Notes: a model not told the origin generated them from the sequence alone. A stretch of DNA of 64,000 nt from Candidatus Pacearchaeota archaeon (GCA_041654895.1 JBAZCR010000003.1:5990-69989); one strand, 5' to 3'; numbered from the stretch's first letter, positions 9,981-18,785 are shown. A program made the numbers and translations.

Positions 9981-10190
9981 CTAGAATAATCTAAATAAAT
10001 AATAAATTATTATAAGAACCAATGCTGCAATTAATATCCACATTGTCCAGTCAATTTTTTTCTTTGTTTTTTGGACTTTTTGGATTTTAGCAACATTTGT
10101 TACTGGCTTTGTAACTTTTTTTGTTTCTTTTTTCACTGTCGGCTTTTTTTTAGCTACAGTTTTAGTTGTTTTTTTTGCTGCCATGTTCAC
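9981..10190 (-). CDS. Lys-rich tail-anchored small protein
   Basis: 69 aa; a highly basic N-terminal half (KKTTKTVAKKKPTVKK...) followed by one C-terminal TM helix WTMWILIAALVLIIIYYLF. Confidence 0.4.
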   Translation of the reverse strand: MNMAAKKTTKTVAKKKPTVKKETKKVTKPVTNVAKIQKVQKTKKKIDWTMWILIAALVLIIIYYLFRLF

Positions 10191-10271
10191 CTCCTTTTTA
10201 GTTATTTTTCACCTTATAACTCTTATTATAAAAATAAACCAATATATAAATTTTTCTTCTTTAAAACTTTC

Positions 10272-12005
10272 TTAAAATATAGCCCATTCTTTTTTTTGTT
10301 TTTGTTCTCTATCTAAAAAACTATCTTTTTTATTTATTCTTGGTCTATTTGTTTCTAAATCTTTTCTTAATGTAATCTCTAGAGATTTTAATAAGTCGGT
10401 TATTCCGTCTTTAAAATTTTTTAATTGAGAACTCTCTCCATAAACACCTGACTCTCCATCAAAATTAATTATATGGTCAGCGAGATAAGAAATTAGTAAT
10501 AAATCATGATCAATTATAAAAGCTGTTTTTTCTTTTTCAATCATTAAATCTTTTATTGATTTTGCTACATTTATTCTTTCTTCTACATCTAAATAAGCTG
10601 AAGGCTCGTCTATTAAATAAATATCAGCATCTTTTGATAAACATTGAGCTAAAAATAATCTTTGTAATTCTCCTCCGGATAATTGGTTTAATTTTTTTTG
10701 TTGTAGTGATGCTAAATTAAATGTTTGGATTATTCTTTTGTCTATTTTATCCTTGAATATTATTTCTTTAACTGTTTCTTGTGATTCTGTAAATAAGTAT
10801 TGAGGCTTGTAAGATAAATTTAAATTTAAATCTAGTTTTTGTTCTTTGTTATTGATTTTCACTTTTTCTAATCCTGCAAGACATTTTACAAACGTTGTTT
10901 TTCCTGTTCCATTTTTTCCTAATATGCCTATGCAATGATTTTTCTTTATTTGACCTTCATTAATTTTTAATTTGAATCCACTATCAAATTCTTTTTCAAA
11001 ATTAGGCCAAGAAGATATTACATTACTCGCTGTTTGAGGGTTTTTTGTAAAATCAAATTTTAATTCTTTATTTCTAATTCTTATATTCTCATCTTTCAAG
11101 AATCCTTCTAAGTAAGAATTTACTCCATTCTTTGAAAATCTAATATTTGAAACAGCACCAAAGCATCCTTGAGTTCCGTAAAAAATGTTTAGGTAATCAG
11201 TTAAATAATCTAAAATAAGTAAATCATGTTCTACAATAATTACTGTTTTATCCTTACATTGTTCTTGAATAAAATCTGAGACAATTAGTCTTTGTTGAAT
11301 GTCTAAATAAGCAAGTGGTTCGTCTATTAAATAAATATCAGCTTGTTTTAAAAAAGCCGCTATAATTGCAACTCTTTGTAATTCCCCCCCTGACAATTTA
11401 TTTAATTTGTTGTTTAATATTTGAGAAATATTTAATCTTTCAGAAAAATTTTTTATTGTTTTTTCTTCTCCTAATTTTTTTAACAAGTCTAATACTTTTA
11501 CATCTTGGGAGAGCATTGAGAGATTTTGAGGTTTATATGCTATTTTTAATTTTTGTTTTGGTTGAATGTAATTTAATAATTCTGTTCCTTGAAAGAAAGC
11601 TTTTATTTCTTCATCATTTGCATTTTTACCAAGATTTGGTTTTTCTAAGCCTGCTAAAATTTTAACTGCTGTAGTTTTACCAATGCCATTTCTTCCTAAT
11701 AATCCTAATACTTTTCCTTTCTTTGGGATTGGTAATCCATATAGTGCAAAACTATTTTCACCAAATCTATGCACTAAATCTTCTTCTCTTACACTTGGTA
11801 AGTTTATTATTTCAATTGCTTCAAAAGGGCATCTTTTTTGACAAATACTACACCCAATACAAGTATCCTCATTAATCGTAGCTTTATTCTCAATTAAAAT
11901 ACAAGTATCAGATTCTTTTTTTTCAATGGGACAACTTTTTTTACATTCTTTTGAACAAAATTCAGGCCTACATTTTTCTTTATGAACTATTGCTATTCTT
12001 GCCAT
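10272..12005 (-). CDS. ABCE1 / RNase L inhibitor-type ribosome recycling ATPase
   Basis: N-terminal Fe-S motifs (CRPEFCSKECKKSCP, CIGCSICQKRCP). Two ABC cassettes: GLLGRNGIGKTT/LSGGELQR/IYLIDEP and GILGKNGTGKTT/LSGGELQR/IYLIDEPSAYLD. Confidence 0.93.
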   Translation of the reverse strand: MARIAIVHKEKCRPEFCSKECKKSCPIEKKESDTCILIENKATINEDTCIGCSICQKRCPFEAIEIINLPSVREEDLVHRFGENSFALYGLPIPKKGKVLGLLGRNGIGKTTAVKILAGLEKPNLGKNANDEEIKAFFQGTELLNYIQPKQKLKIAYKPQNLSMLSQDVKVLDLLKKLGEEKTIKNFSERLNISQILNNKLNKLSGGELQRVAIIAAFLKQADIYLIDEPLAYLDIQQRLIVSDFIQEQCKDKTVIIVEHDLLILDYLTDYLNIFYGTQGCFGAVSNIRFSKNGVNSYLEGFLKDENIRIRNKELKFDFTKNPQTASNVISSWPNFEKEFDSGFKLKINEGQIKKNHCIGILGKNGTGKTTFVKCLAGLEKVKINNKEQKLDLNLNLSYKPQYLFTESQETVKEIIFKDKIDKRIIQTFNLASLQQKKLNQLSGGELQRLFLAQCLSKDADIYLIDEPSAYLDVEERINVAKSIKDLMIEKEKTAFIIDHDLLLISYLADHIINFDGESGVYGESSQLKNFKDGITDLLKSLEITLRKDLETNRPRINKKDSFLDREQKQKKEWAIF

Positions 12006-12070
12006 GTTAAGTTAGAATAAATCTTGGTTTTTAAGATTAGTTATTTTCTCATATTTTTGAATTAAACATA

Positions 12071-12085
12071 AAACTTTATAAAAAG
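12071..12085 (+). promoter_or_regulatory. putative BRE/TATA promoter element of tRNA-Leu
   Basis: AAACTTTATAAAAAG begins 38 nt upstream of the mature tRNA 5' end. A similar AAACTTTAWAWA motif precedes tRNA-Phe, tRNA-Asn and tRNA-Tyr. Confidence 0.4.
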
Positions 12086-12108
12086 ATTCCCCTTGATTTT
12101 TAAATAAT

Positions 12109-12192
12109 GTGGGGGTGCCGGAGTGGCCAAACGGGCTGGACTTAAGATCCAGTGGCTTTATGCCTACGGGGGTTCGAATCCTCCCCCCCACA
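12109..12192 (+). tRNA. tRNA-Leu (anticodon TAA)
   Basis: Hand-folded cloverleaf. Acceptor GTGGGGG/CCCCCAC, anticodon stem CTGGA/TCCAG, loop CTTAAGA, long variable arm, T-arm GGGGG-TTCGAAT-CCTCC. No encoded CCA. Confidence 0.9.
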
Positions 12193-12243
12193 TAAGTTCT
12201 TTATTTTAATTAGGTTTAAAAAGTATTTTCATTTTATTCTTTT

Positions 12244-13617
12244 ATGAATCGTGTTTATGTAAAAGATGTTGTGAAAAGTGTAGGTAAGGATGTTTGTATT
12301 AAAGGCTGGGTCTATAATATTAGAGAGCATGGCAAAGTTGCTTTTTTAGATATTAAAGATATTAGTGGTGTTGTTCAGTGTGTTATTACAAAAAAGATTG
12401 ATGATTTTTCTAAAATGGGTGAATTATCTAAAGGGGCTTGTGTTGAAATTTTAGGAGAAGTAAATAATAGACCTAAGGGTACTGAAAATGAAAAAAGTAA
12501 TGTTGGCAATTTTGAAATTTCAATTAATAAACTTAATATATTAAATAAATGTCCTGTCTTGCCTTTTGATTTAGAGAATATTGATACTAATGAGGACATT
12601 AGATTAAAATATCGTTATTTAGATTTGAGAAGAGAAAATATGCAAACTAATCTTTTGCTTAGAAGTAGAATTATTAAATTAATTAGGGATTTTTTATTTG
12701 AGCAGGGTTTTAATGAGTTTGAAACTCCAATATTAGCAAAGTCTACTCCTGAAGGTGCAAGGGATTATGTTGTTCCATCTAGAACTCAGGCAGGAAAGTT
12801 TTATGCTTTGCCTCAATCTCCTCAATTGTTTAAACAACTTATGATGGTGGCAGGTTTTGAAAAATATTTTCAGATTGCAAGATGTTTTAGAGATGAAGAT
12901 TTAAGGGCTAATAGGCAACCAGAATTTACTCAGTTAGACATTGAAATGTCTTTTATTACTCAAGAAGATATAATTGACTTAACAGAGAAATTATTAAAAA
13001 AAATTTGGAAAGAAATTTTAAATGTTGATATTAAAACTCCATTCCCGAGAATTAGTTATGATGAAGCAATGAGTAAGTATGGGAGTGATTCACCTGATTT
13101 AAGAAAAAATAAAGAAGATCCTAAAGAATTTGCTTTTTGTTGGGTAATTGATTTTCCAGCATTTGAATATTCTGAGGAAAAAAAGAAATATATTGCAGTT
13201 CATCATCCTTTTACATCTCCTGAAATGAGCTCTTTTAATAAAGACCCTAAAAGTGCAAAGGCTATAGCATATGATGTTGTTTTAAATGGAAGTGAGCTTG
13301 GCGGTGGTAGTATTAGAATTCATAATCCTGAAACTCAAAGTAAGGTTTTTGAATTTTTAGGAATTAAAAAGGAAGAACAGGAAGAAAAATTTGGATTTTT
13401 ATTAGATGCTTTAAGATTTGGAGCTCCTCCTCATGGTGGTATTGCTTGGGGACTTGATAGGGTAATTCAATTAATTGTTGGAGCCAGTTCTATTAGAGAA
13501 GTTATTGCCTTTCCAAAGAATAAAGATGGTAAAGATATTATGTTGGATGCTCCTTCAAATATTAGTGATGCTCAATTAAGAGACGCTCATATAAAGTTAG
13601 ATTTACCTAAGAAATAA
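12244..13617 (+). CDS. aspS: aspartyl-tRNA synthetase, bacterial-type sequence but lacking the GAD insertion domain
   Basis: PEGARDYVVPSR, FYALPQSPQLFKQLMMV, motif 2 FRDEDLRANRQPEFTQLDIEMSF, HHPFTSP, motif 3 GGIAWGLDR. Only 457 aa. Confidence 0.9.
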   Translation: MNRVYVKDVVKSVGKDVCIKGWVYNIREHGKVAFLDIKDISGVVQCVITKKIDDFSKMGELSKGACVEILGEVNNRPKGTENEKSNVGNFEISINKLNILNKCPVLPFDLENIDTNEDIRLKYRYLDLRRENMQTNLLLRSRIIKLIRDFLFEQGFNEFETPILAKSTPEGARDYVVPSRTQAGKFYALPQSPQLFKQLMMVAGFEKYFQIARCFRDEDLRANRQPEFTQLDIEMSFITQEDIIDLTEKLLKKIWKEILNVDIKTPFPRISYDEAMSKYGSDSPDLRKNKEDPKEFAFCWVIDFPAFEYSEEKKKYIAVHHPFTSPEMSSFNKDPKSAKAIAYDVVLNGSELGGGSIRIHNPETQSKVFEFLGIKKEEQEEKFGFLLDALRFGAPPHGGIAWGLDRVIQLIVGASSIREVIAFPKNKDGKDIMLDAPSNISDAQLRDAHIKLDLPKK

Positions 13618-13662
13618 TTCTCTTTACAAAAACCTTTTATATTCTCTTAGAGTTTTACTTTT

Positions 13663-14949
13663 ATGAAAGTCAAGAATTATAATTTTGGAGACTTTGTTGA
13701 GATAAATACAAGTGATAAAGTCTGGAGAGGAACTTTATTAGAGTCGTATGATTCTGAGATAATCCTCTTAAAATTAGAATCTGGGTATAATATTGGAGTT
13801 AGAGAAGAAAAAATTCTTTCAGTTAAAATCCTAAAGAAAAAAATCCTAGAGGATAAAAAAAGATTCCAAATTAAAAAGAATAAAGAGTTAAAAAATATTG
13901 TTTTAATTATTACAGGTGGAACTATTTCTTCGAGATTAGATTCTAAAACCGGAGGAGTAATTTCTACAGATGAAGAGGAAATTTTAAATTTATCTCCTCA
14001 AATTAAGGATATTTGTAATATTGTAAAAATAGAAAAACCATTTATGAAATTTTCTGAGGACATGTCTTTTTTAGATTGGAAAAAGCTAACACAGGCTTGT
14101 GAAAAATATTTAAATGATTCAAAAATTGATGGGATTGTGATTACTCATGGTACAGATTTTTTACATTACACTTCTGCTTATCTATCTTTTTCAATTAAAA
14201 ATTTGAATAAGCCTATTGCTTTAACTTACTCTCAGAGGTCTATTGATAGAGCAAGTAGTGATTCTTCGCTAAACTTGGTTTGTGCTTGTAAATATGCTAC
14301 AAGTGAAATTGCTGAGATTGCTTTAGTAGGTCATGAGAATTTAAATGATGAATTTTGTTTAGCTTTACCTGCAAATAAAGTTAGAAAAATGCATACTTCT
14401 AGGAGAGATGCTTTTAAACCCATAAATGCAAATCCTATAGCCAGAATTTCTTTAGATCATTTAGAAATATTAAGAGAATTTAGTCCTAAAAATGAAAAAA
14501 AAAGAGTTAGAATTGATCCAGTATTCTCAGATAAAGTTGCATTGATAAAGATTATTCCAGGACAAAACCCTGATATTTTAAATTACTATTTGAAAGAAGG
14601 TTATAAAGGCTTAATTTTAGAAGTCGCAGGAATAGGACAAATTCCTGGAAAAAATGCAAAATATAATTGGATTCCAAAACTAAAAAAAATAATAGATAAA
14701 GGAATATATGTCTTTGCAGTGCCTCAGGCAATTTATGGGAGATTAAATCCAAACATATATTCAAGTGCAAGGCAAATTAAGAAGACCGGAGTTATTTATT
14801 TAGAAGATATGTTATCTGAAACTGCTTTTATTAAATTGTCTTGGATATTAGGTCATAAATCTTGGTATTATGATTTTGAAAAAGTAAAAGAAAAAATGTT
14901 AGAAAATATATCTAATGAATTTAATTTTTCAACAGGAACTGATTATTAA
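13663..14949 (+). CDS. gatD: Glu-tRNA(Gln) amidotransferase subunit D (asparaginase-like)
   Basis: Asparaginase motifs LIITGGTISSRLD and VITHGTDFLHYTSAYLSF; N-terminal extra domain; 428 aa, typical of archaeal GatD. Confidence 0.85.
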   Translation: MKVKNYNFGDFVEINTSDKVWRGTLLESYDSEIILLKLESGYNIGVREEKILSVKILKKKILEDKKRFQIKKNKELKNIVLIITGGTISSRLDSKTGGVISTDEEEILNLSPQIKDICNIVKIEKPFMKFSEDMSFLDWKKLTQACEKYLNDSKIDGIVITHGTDFLHYTSAYLSFSIKNLNKPIALTYSQRSIDRASSDSSLNLVCACKYATSEIAEIALVGHENLNDEFCLALPANKVRKMHTSRRDAFKPINANPIARISLDHLEILREFSPKNEKKRVRIDPVFSDKVALIKIIPGQNPDILNYYLKEGYKGLILEVAGIGQIPGKNAKYNWIPKLKKIIDKGIYVFAVPQAIYGRLNPNIYSSARQIKKTGVIYLEDMLSETAFIKLSWILGHKSWYYDFEKVKEKMLENISNEFNFSTGTDY

Positions 14950-14987
14950 AAAAATAAAAAACCTCTAAAAAATAAAGAGGCTAAAAA

Positions 14988-15401
14988 TTAATTATAATGC
15001 TTTGCAGTTTTTGGATTAATTAAATACCAAAATATTAAACCACCTATTATTATTCCAAAAGAACTACTGTAATACATTTGGTTAAATAAATTTATAATAT
15101 TTAAAATGATTGAAAAACCACTAAATACTAACATAACCAACCAAGACCATCTTTTTTTATTCATTAGACCTTTTGCAATAAAATAATTTAATACTGCTGA
15201 GGCTAAAAATAATATTCCTACAAAGAATAGGATAGTTGAACTAAGATTAAATGATTGTAATAATTCTGTTGAACTATCTGCTAAACTAAAAAATAATGAA
15301 CCTACTATAAAAGATAGAAAAGCACTTGCAAAAATTACAAATGATAGAACTAAAACTCCTTCAGGAATATTTTTTTTATCTACTACTTTTTTTTGTTTCA
15401 T
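14988..15401 (-). CDS. integral membrane protein (about 4 TM helices)
   Basis: 137-aa ORF made almost entirely of hydrophobic segments. Confidence 0.5.
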   Translation of the reverse strand: MKQKKVVDKKNIPEGVLVLSFVIFASAFLSFIVGSLFFSLADSSTELLQSFNLSSTILFFVGILFLASAVLNYFIAKGLMNKKRWSWLVMLVFSGFSIILNIINLFNQMYYSSSFGIIIGGLIFWYLINPKTAKHYN

Positions 15402-15515
15402 TTTAAACCTCCTTTTTATTAATATATTGGTTAAGGAGTACTTATTTTTAAATATTGTCTTTATTTTCCTTTTCCGATAATTTTAAAAGTCAATACTAAT
15501 ATTATATGTATATAT

Positions 15516-15590
15516 AGCGGGGTGGAGCAGTCTGGTTAGCTCGCGAGGCCCATAACCTCGAGGTCGTTGGTTCAAATCCATCCCCCGCTA
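15516..15590 (+). tRNA. tRNA-Met (anticodon CAT), probably the initiator
   Basis: Cloverleaf AGCGGGG...CCCCGCT-A with A1:U72, as in archaeal initiators. Anticodon stem CGAGG/CCTCG, loop CCCATAA, T-loop TTCAAAT. One U:U mismatch in the T-stem. Confidence 0.85.
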
Positions 15591-15630
15591 CTTTCTAAAG
15601 TTTTTTATATTCAATTGTCTTTGTTTTTTC

Positions 15631-16407
15631 ATGAAATTAATTAATATCTTGAAAAAAAATGGACAGAGTGAAATTTATGATGAGAATAAGGTTATTCTTT
15701 CTATGAGAAATTCAGGAGCAGATGAGGGTTCTATAAAAAAAATTTTAGAAAAATTAAACTCAATTTTATATGAAGGAATTTCAACTAATGAAATTTTTAA
15801 ATTTGTATATAAAGAATTAAGGAAAATTAGTGACCATTCTGGGGCAAGATATAACTTAAAACAAGCTATTTTTGAGTTGAGCTTAAATAGGGATGGTTAT
15901 GTTTTTGAAAAATATATTGCAAGATTATTTGAAGAAGATGGTTATAAGATAGAATTAAATCAGTTTGTTAGTGGTAATTTTATCGAACATGAAATCGATG
16001 TTAGTGCATTTAAGAAAAATGAGAGGTTGATGATAGAATGTAAACATTTTAGTCGTTTTGAATTAGGTATTTCTATTCAGACTGCGCTTTATGTTTATGC
16101 TAGGTTTTTAGATTTAAATAAAAAGTTTAATAAAGCCTTATTAGCTACGAATACTCGATTTTCTCCTCAAGTTATAAAATATTCTCAAGGAGTTGGTTTA
16201 GGTTTACTAGGATGGAAATATCCTTTTGATAAAAGTTTGGAAAAATTAATTGAATCAAAAAAAATATATCCTATAACAATTTTACCTTTATCAAAGTCTA
16301 AAATTAAAGAATATTTAAAGAAAGATATAATTACTTTTCAGGATTTATTAAAACTTAAAGATATTCCTGAAAATATAATCTCTCTAGTAAATTCTTTAAT
16401 GTCCTAA
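15631..16407 (+). CDS. ATP-cone domain fused to a restriction-endonuclease-like (Mrr-type) domain
   Basis: The N-terminus MKLINILKKNGQSEIYDENKVILSM... resembles an ATP-cone. The central region FEKYIARLFEEDGY...EIDV...MIECKH fits a PD-(D/E)xK core. Confidence 0.55.
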   Translation: MKLINILKKNGQSEIYDENKVILSMRNSGADEGSIKKILEKLNSILYEGISTNEIFKFVYKELRKISDHSGARYNLKQAIFELSLNRDGYVFEKYIARLFEEDGYKIELNQFVSGNFIEHEIDVSAFKKNERLMIECKHFSRFELGISIQTALYVYARFLDLNKKFNKALLATNTRFSPQVIKYSQGVGLGLLGWKYPFDKSLEKLIESKKIYPITILPLSKSKIKEYLKKDIITFQDLLKLKDIPENIISLVNSLMS

Positions 16408-16454
16408 TTTTTCAAATCTAAAAGCTTTTAAAGACGATTAATTAATCTTTTTTT

Positions 16455-16814
16455 ATGGAAAAGGAGAAATCTTCTCTTTTAAATAAACCTTCTAAAATTA
16501 TTTCAACAATTGGTTGTATTGAAGAAGTTACTATTGGTAGTGATAGATATTTAGCAAGAGTAGATACAGGTGCTTCTAAGAATTCTATTTGTAAGAGTAT
16601 TGTTAAAAAATATAATTTACTTCCTCTAAAACTTGCAACTATAAAACAATCAAATGGCATTGATAGAAGAATTGTAGTTAAGCTAAAAATTAAAATAGCA
16701 AATAGAACATTTAAAACCTATTTTAATGTTTCAAATAGAGAAAAAATGAATTATCCTATTTTAATTGGGAGAAATCTCTTAAATAAAAATTTTATAATTG
16801 ATTGTAAACAATGA
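16455..16814 (+). CDS. retropepsin-like aspartic protease (RimB-like, RimK-associated)
   Basis: ARVDTGASKNSI (D-T-G-A active-site motif) and ILIGRNLL; 119 aa. The stop overlaps the start of the RimK-like gene (ATGA). Confidence 0.6.
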   Translation: MEKEKSSLLNKPSKIISTIGCIEEVTIGSDRYLARVDTGASKNSICKSIVKKYNLLPLKLATIKQSNGIDRRIVVKLKIKIANRTFKTYFNVSNREKMNYPILIGRNLLNKNFIIDCKQ

Positions 16815-17746
16815 ACATTGGAATAATAAGTTTAGGCGGAAAAAGTAGTAAAAAGGTAGCTTTGGCTTGTAAAAATTATTTTGATATTGTAGACGAATTA
16901 GATTTAAAAAAATTTGATATTCGTTTGATTGACTCAGAAAAAATAATCACCTATCAAGGAAAACCTCTTGAAACTTATGATTGTTTGTATATTAGAGGTA
17001 GTTTTAAATATGCTTTTCTTCAAAGAGTAATTGCCCAATATTATTCAAAAAAAAGTTATATGCCTATTTATTCTAAGGCTTTTTTAGTTGGTCATGATAA
17101 ATTTTTGACACTTTTACAATTACAAGAAGAAGGTGTGAATATCCCTAAAACATATTATACTCCTAATACAAAAATTGCAAAAGAAATTTTAAAAAAAGTA
17201 AGTTATCCTATTATTATGAAACTTCAATCAGGAACTCATGGAAAGGGAGTTATGATTGCTGAAAGTGAAAAATCTGCAAAAGGTATTTTAGATATTATTG
17301 AGACTTTTGAGCGACCTTATATTATACAAGAATTTGTTAAAACTGATAAAACTTCAGATATTAGAGTTATTGTTGCAGGTAAAAAAATAATTGCTTCTTA
17401 CAAAAGGATTGCAACTGAAGGAGAATTTAGAGCAAACATCCACGCTGGTGGAAAAAGAGAGTTACATAAATTAACAAAGCAACAAGAAAAACTAGCAATT
17501 AAATCTGCAAAATGTATTGGGGCAAATCTTTGTGGAGTTGATATTTTAAATTCAAAAGAGCCATCTGTTATTGAAATTAATTTAAGTCCTGCTTTAGAGA
17601 GTATAGAAGAATTTACAAGAATTAAAGTTAGTGATGAAGTTGCTAAATTTTTGTATGAAGAGACTTTAAAATTTAAACAAAAAAAAGAAGATAAAATTAA
17701 GAAAAAATTGGTCAAGAAAAGTAATAAGAACATTAAACAAAATTAA
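16811..17746 (+). CDS. RimK-family ATP-grasp ligase (alpha-L-glutamate ligase type)
   Basis: ATP-grasp landmarks PIIMKLQSGTHGKGVMIAES, YIIQEFV, DIRVIVAGKKIIASYKRIA..GEFRANIHAGG, and GVDIL...PSVIEINLSP; Lys-rich C-terminal tail. Confidence 0.8.
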   Translation: MNIGIISLGGKSSKKVALACKNYFDIVDELDLKKFDIRLIDSEKIITYQGKPLETYDCLYIRGSFKYAFLQRVIAQYYSKKSYMPIYSKAFLVGHDKFLTLLQLQEEGVNIPKTYYTPNTKIAKEILKKVSYPIIMKLQSGTHGKGVMIAESEKSAKGILDIIETFERPYIIQEFVKTDKTSDIRVIVAGKKIIASYKRIATEGEFRANIHAGGKRELHKLTKQQEKLAIKSAKCIGANLCGVDILNSKEPSVIEINLSPALESIEEFTRIKVSDEVAKFLYEETLKFKQKKEDKIKKKLVKKSNKNIKQN

Positions 17747-17749
17747 AAA

Positions 17750-17822
17750 CGCCCCTGGGAGGACTCGAACCTCCGACAACACGGTTAACAGCCGTGTGCT
17801 CTACCTGCTGAGCTACAAGGGC
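17750..17822 (-). tRNA. tRNA-Asn (anticodon GTT)
   Basis: The reverse complement folds as GCCCTTG-TA-GCTC-AGCAGGTA-GAGC-A-CACGG-CTGTTAA-CCGTG-TTGTC-GGAGG-TTCGAGT-CCTCC-CAGGGGC-G. Confidence 0.9.
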
Positions 17823-17851
17823 AAAACTGAATACTGATTAAAATTTCTAAA

Positions 17852-17866
17852 CATATTTAAAGTTTT
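17852..17866 (-). promoter_or_regulatory. putative BRE/TATA promoter element of tRNA-Asn
   Basis: The minus strand reads AAAACTTTAAATATG, about 43 nt upstream of the tRNA 5' end. Confidence 0.35.
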
Positions 17867-17870
17867 TGGA

Positions 17871-18410
17871 TTATAATCCTTCTGGTGAATATCTCTCAAA
17901 ATTTTTTCTTATTCCTAAATCTTCATTTTCAAAGATATTTTTATTTTGTTTTTCTAAGTATGAAAAAATATTACCGTGTTTTGCACCTTGTATTAGTGAA
18001 TTAATTGCTTGAGTTGTTGCATCTAAGTGAATATCATCTACGATTAAAGCAATAGTGTTATCTTTTATTACAATAATACTACCAGTTAAATATTCAATTG
18101 TTTTTTTTGCTTTACCATTTTTTCCAATAACTCTTGCTCTTACATCTTTTAGATTATGTCTTTTAGTATGTTCTTTTATATCTATAAATTTTAATAAATA
18201 ATTTTGTTTTAAGAGAAGAAGTGCATCATCTAAATCAAAGCCAAAGTCAATTGCTGAAATTATTTGTTCTGTTAAAAATTCATTTAATTCAGTTCCTTTT
18301 ATTTTTATAGAATTTTTATTTAATATAAATTTAATTTTTATTTTATTTTCTAGTATTGGAATTACTTTTTTTATTTTACTTCTTTTATCAACATTTAATG
18401 TTCTTACCAT
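17871..18410 (-). CDS. KH-domain RNA-binding protein (Dim2/Pno1-like)
   Basis: KH GxxG loop ARVIGKNGKAKKTIEYLTG. Lies directly downstream of aIF1A, as in many archaea. Confidence 0.7.
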   Translation of the reverse strand: MVRTLNVDKRSKIKKVIPILENKIKIKFILNKNSIKIKGTELNEFLTEQIISAIDFGFDLDDALLLLKQNYLLKFIDIKEHTKRHNLKDVRARVIGKNGKAKKTIEYLTGSIIVIKDNTIALIVDDIHLDATTQAINSLIQGAKHGNIFSYLEKQNKNIFENEDLGIRKNFERYSPEGL

Positions 18411-18411
18411 T

Positions 18412-18744
18412 TTAGAATTCTTCTGTACTTGTTTGTAATTGGCCTATTCTTCTTAATCTTTCAGCTTCAATTGGAGTGTATTTATATTCTAAATCTCCTT
18501 TTTCATCATCAAATTCCCATGGCTTTATTAAAACAACGTCATTTTCTTTTAACCAGAGTCCTCTTCTTTTACTACCTGGTACTCTACAATTTCTTGTTTT
18601 TCCGTCCATACATGAAACATACATTCTAGAACTTCCTAATCTTTGAGTTATTACTCCAATTACTTCATTTTTTTTGGGTAGTTTAACTCTAATTTTCGCT
18701 TCATCTTTCTGTTCATTAGAATTGTTACTAAATTTTTTTTCCAT
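18412..18744 (-). CDS. translation initiation factor aIF-1A
   Basis: S1-like OB core GVITQRLGSSRMYVSCMDGKTRNCRVPGSKRRGLWLKENDVVLIKPWEF; 110 aa. Confidence 0.9.
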   Translation of the reverse strand: MEKKFSNNSNEQKDEAKIRVKLPKKNEVIGVITQRLGSSRMYVSCMDGKTRNCRVPGSKRRGLWLKENDVVLIKPWEFDDEKGDLEYKYTPIEAERLRRIGQLQTSTEEF

Positions 18745-18785
18745 ATTTAGAGAATTCTTTTTTTCTTTATAAATTCTTCTAAAAA

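Noticed and set aside
10071-10316. 81-aa ORF spanning the 9981-10190 gene and the ABCE1 3' end on the opposite strand.
   Set aside because: A Phe/Cys/Leu-rich nonsense translation that is the shadow of the Lys-rich gene.
16442-16660. 72-aa ORF antisense to the RimB-like protease gene.
   Set aside because: The plus-strand ORF has a DTGA protease motif and operon coupling to rimK. The antisense ORF has no features.
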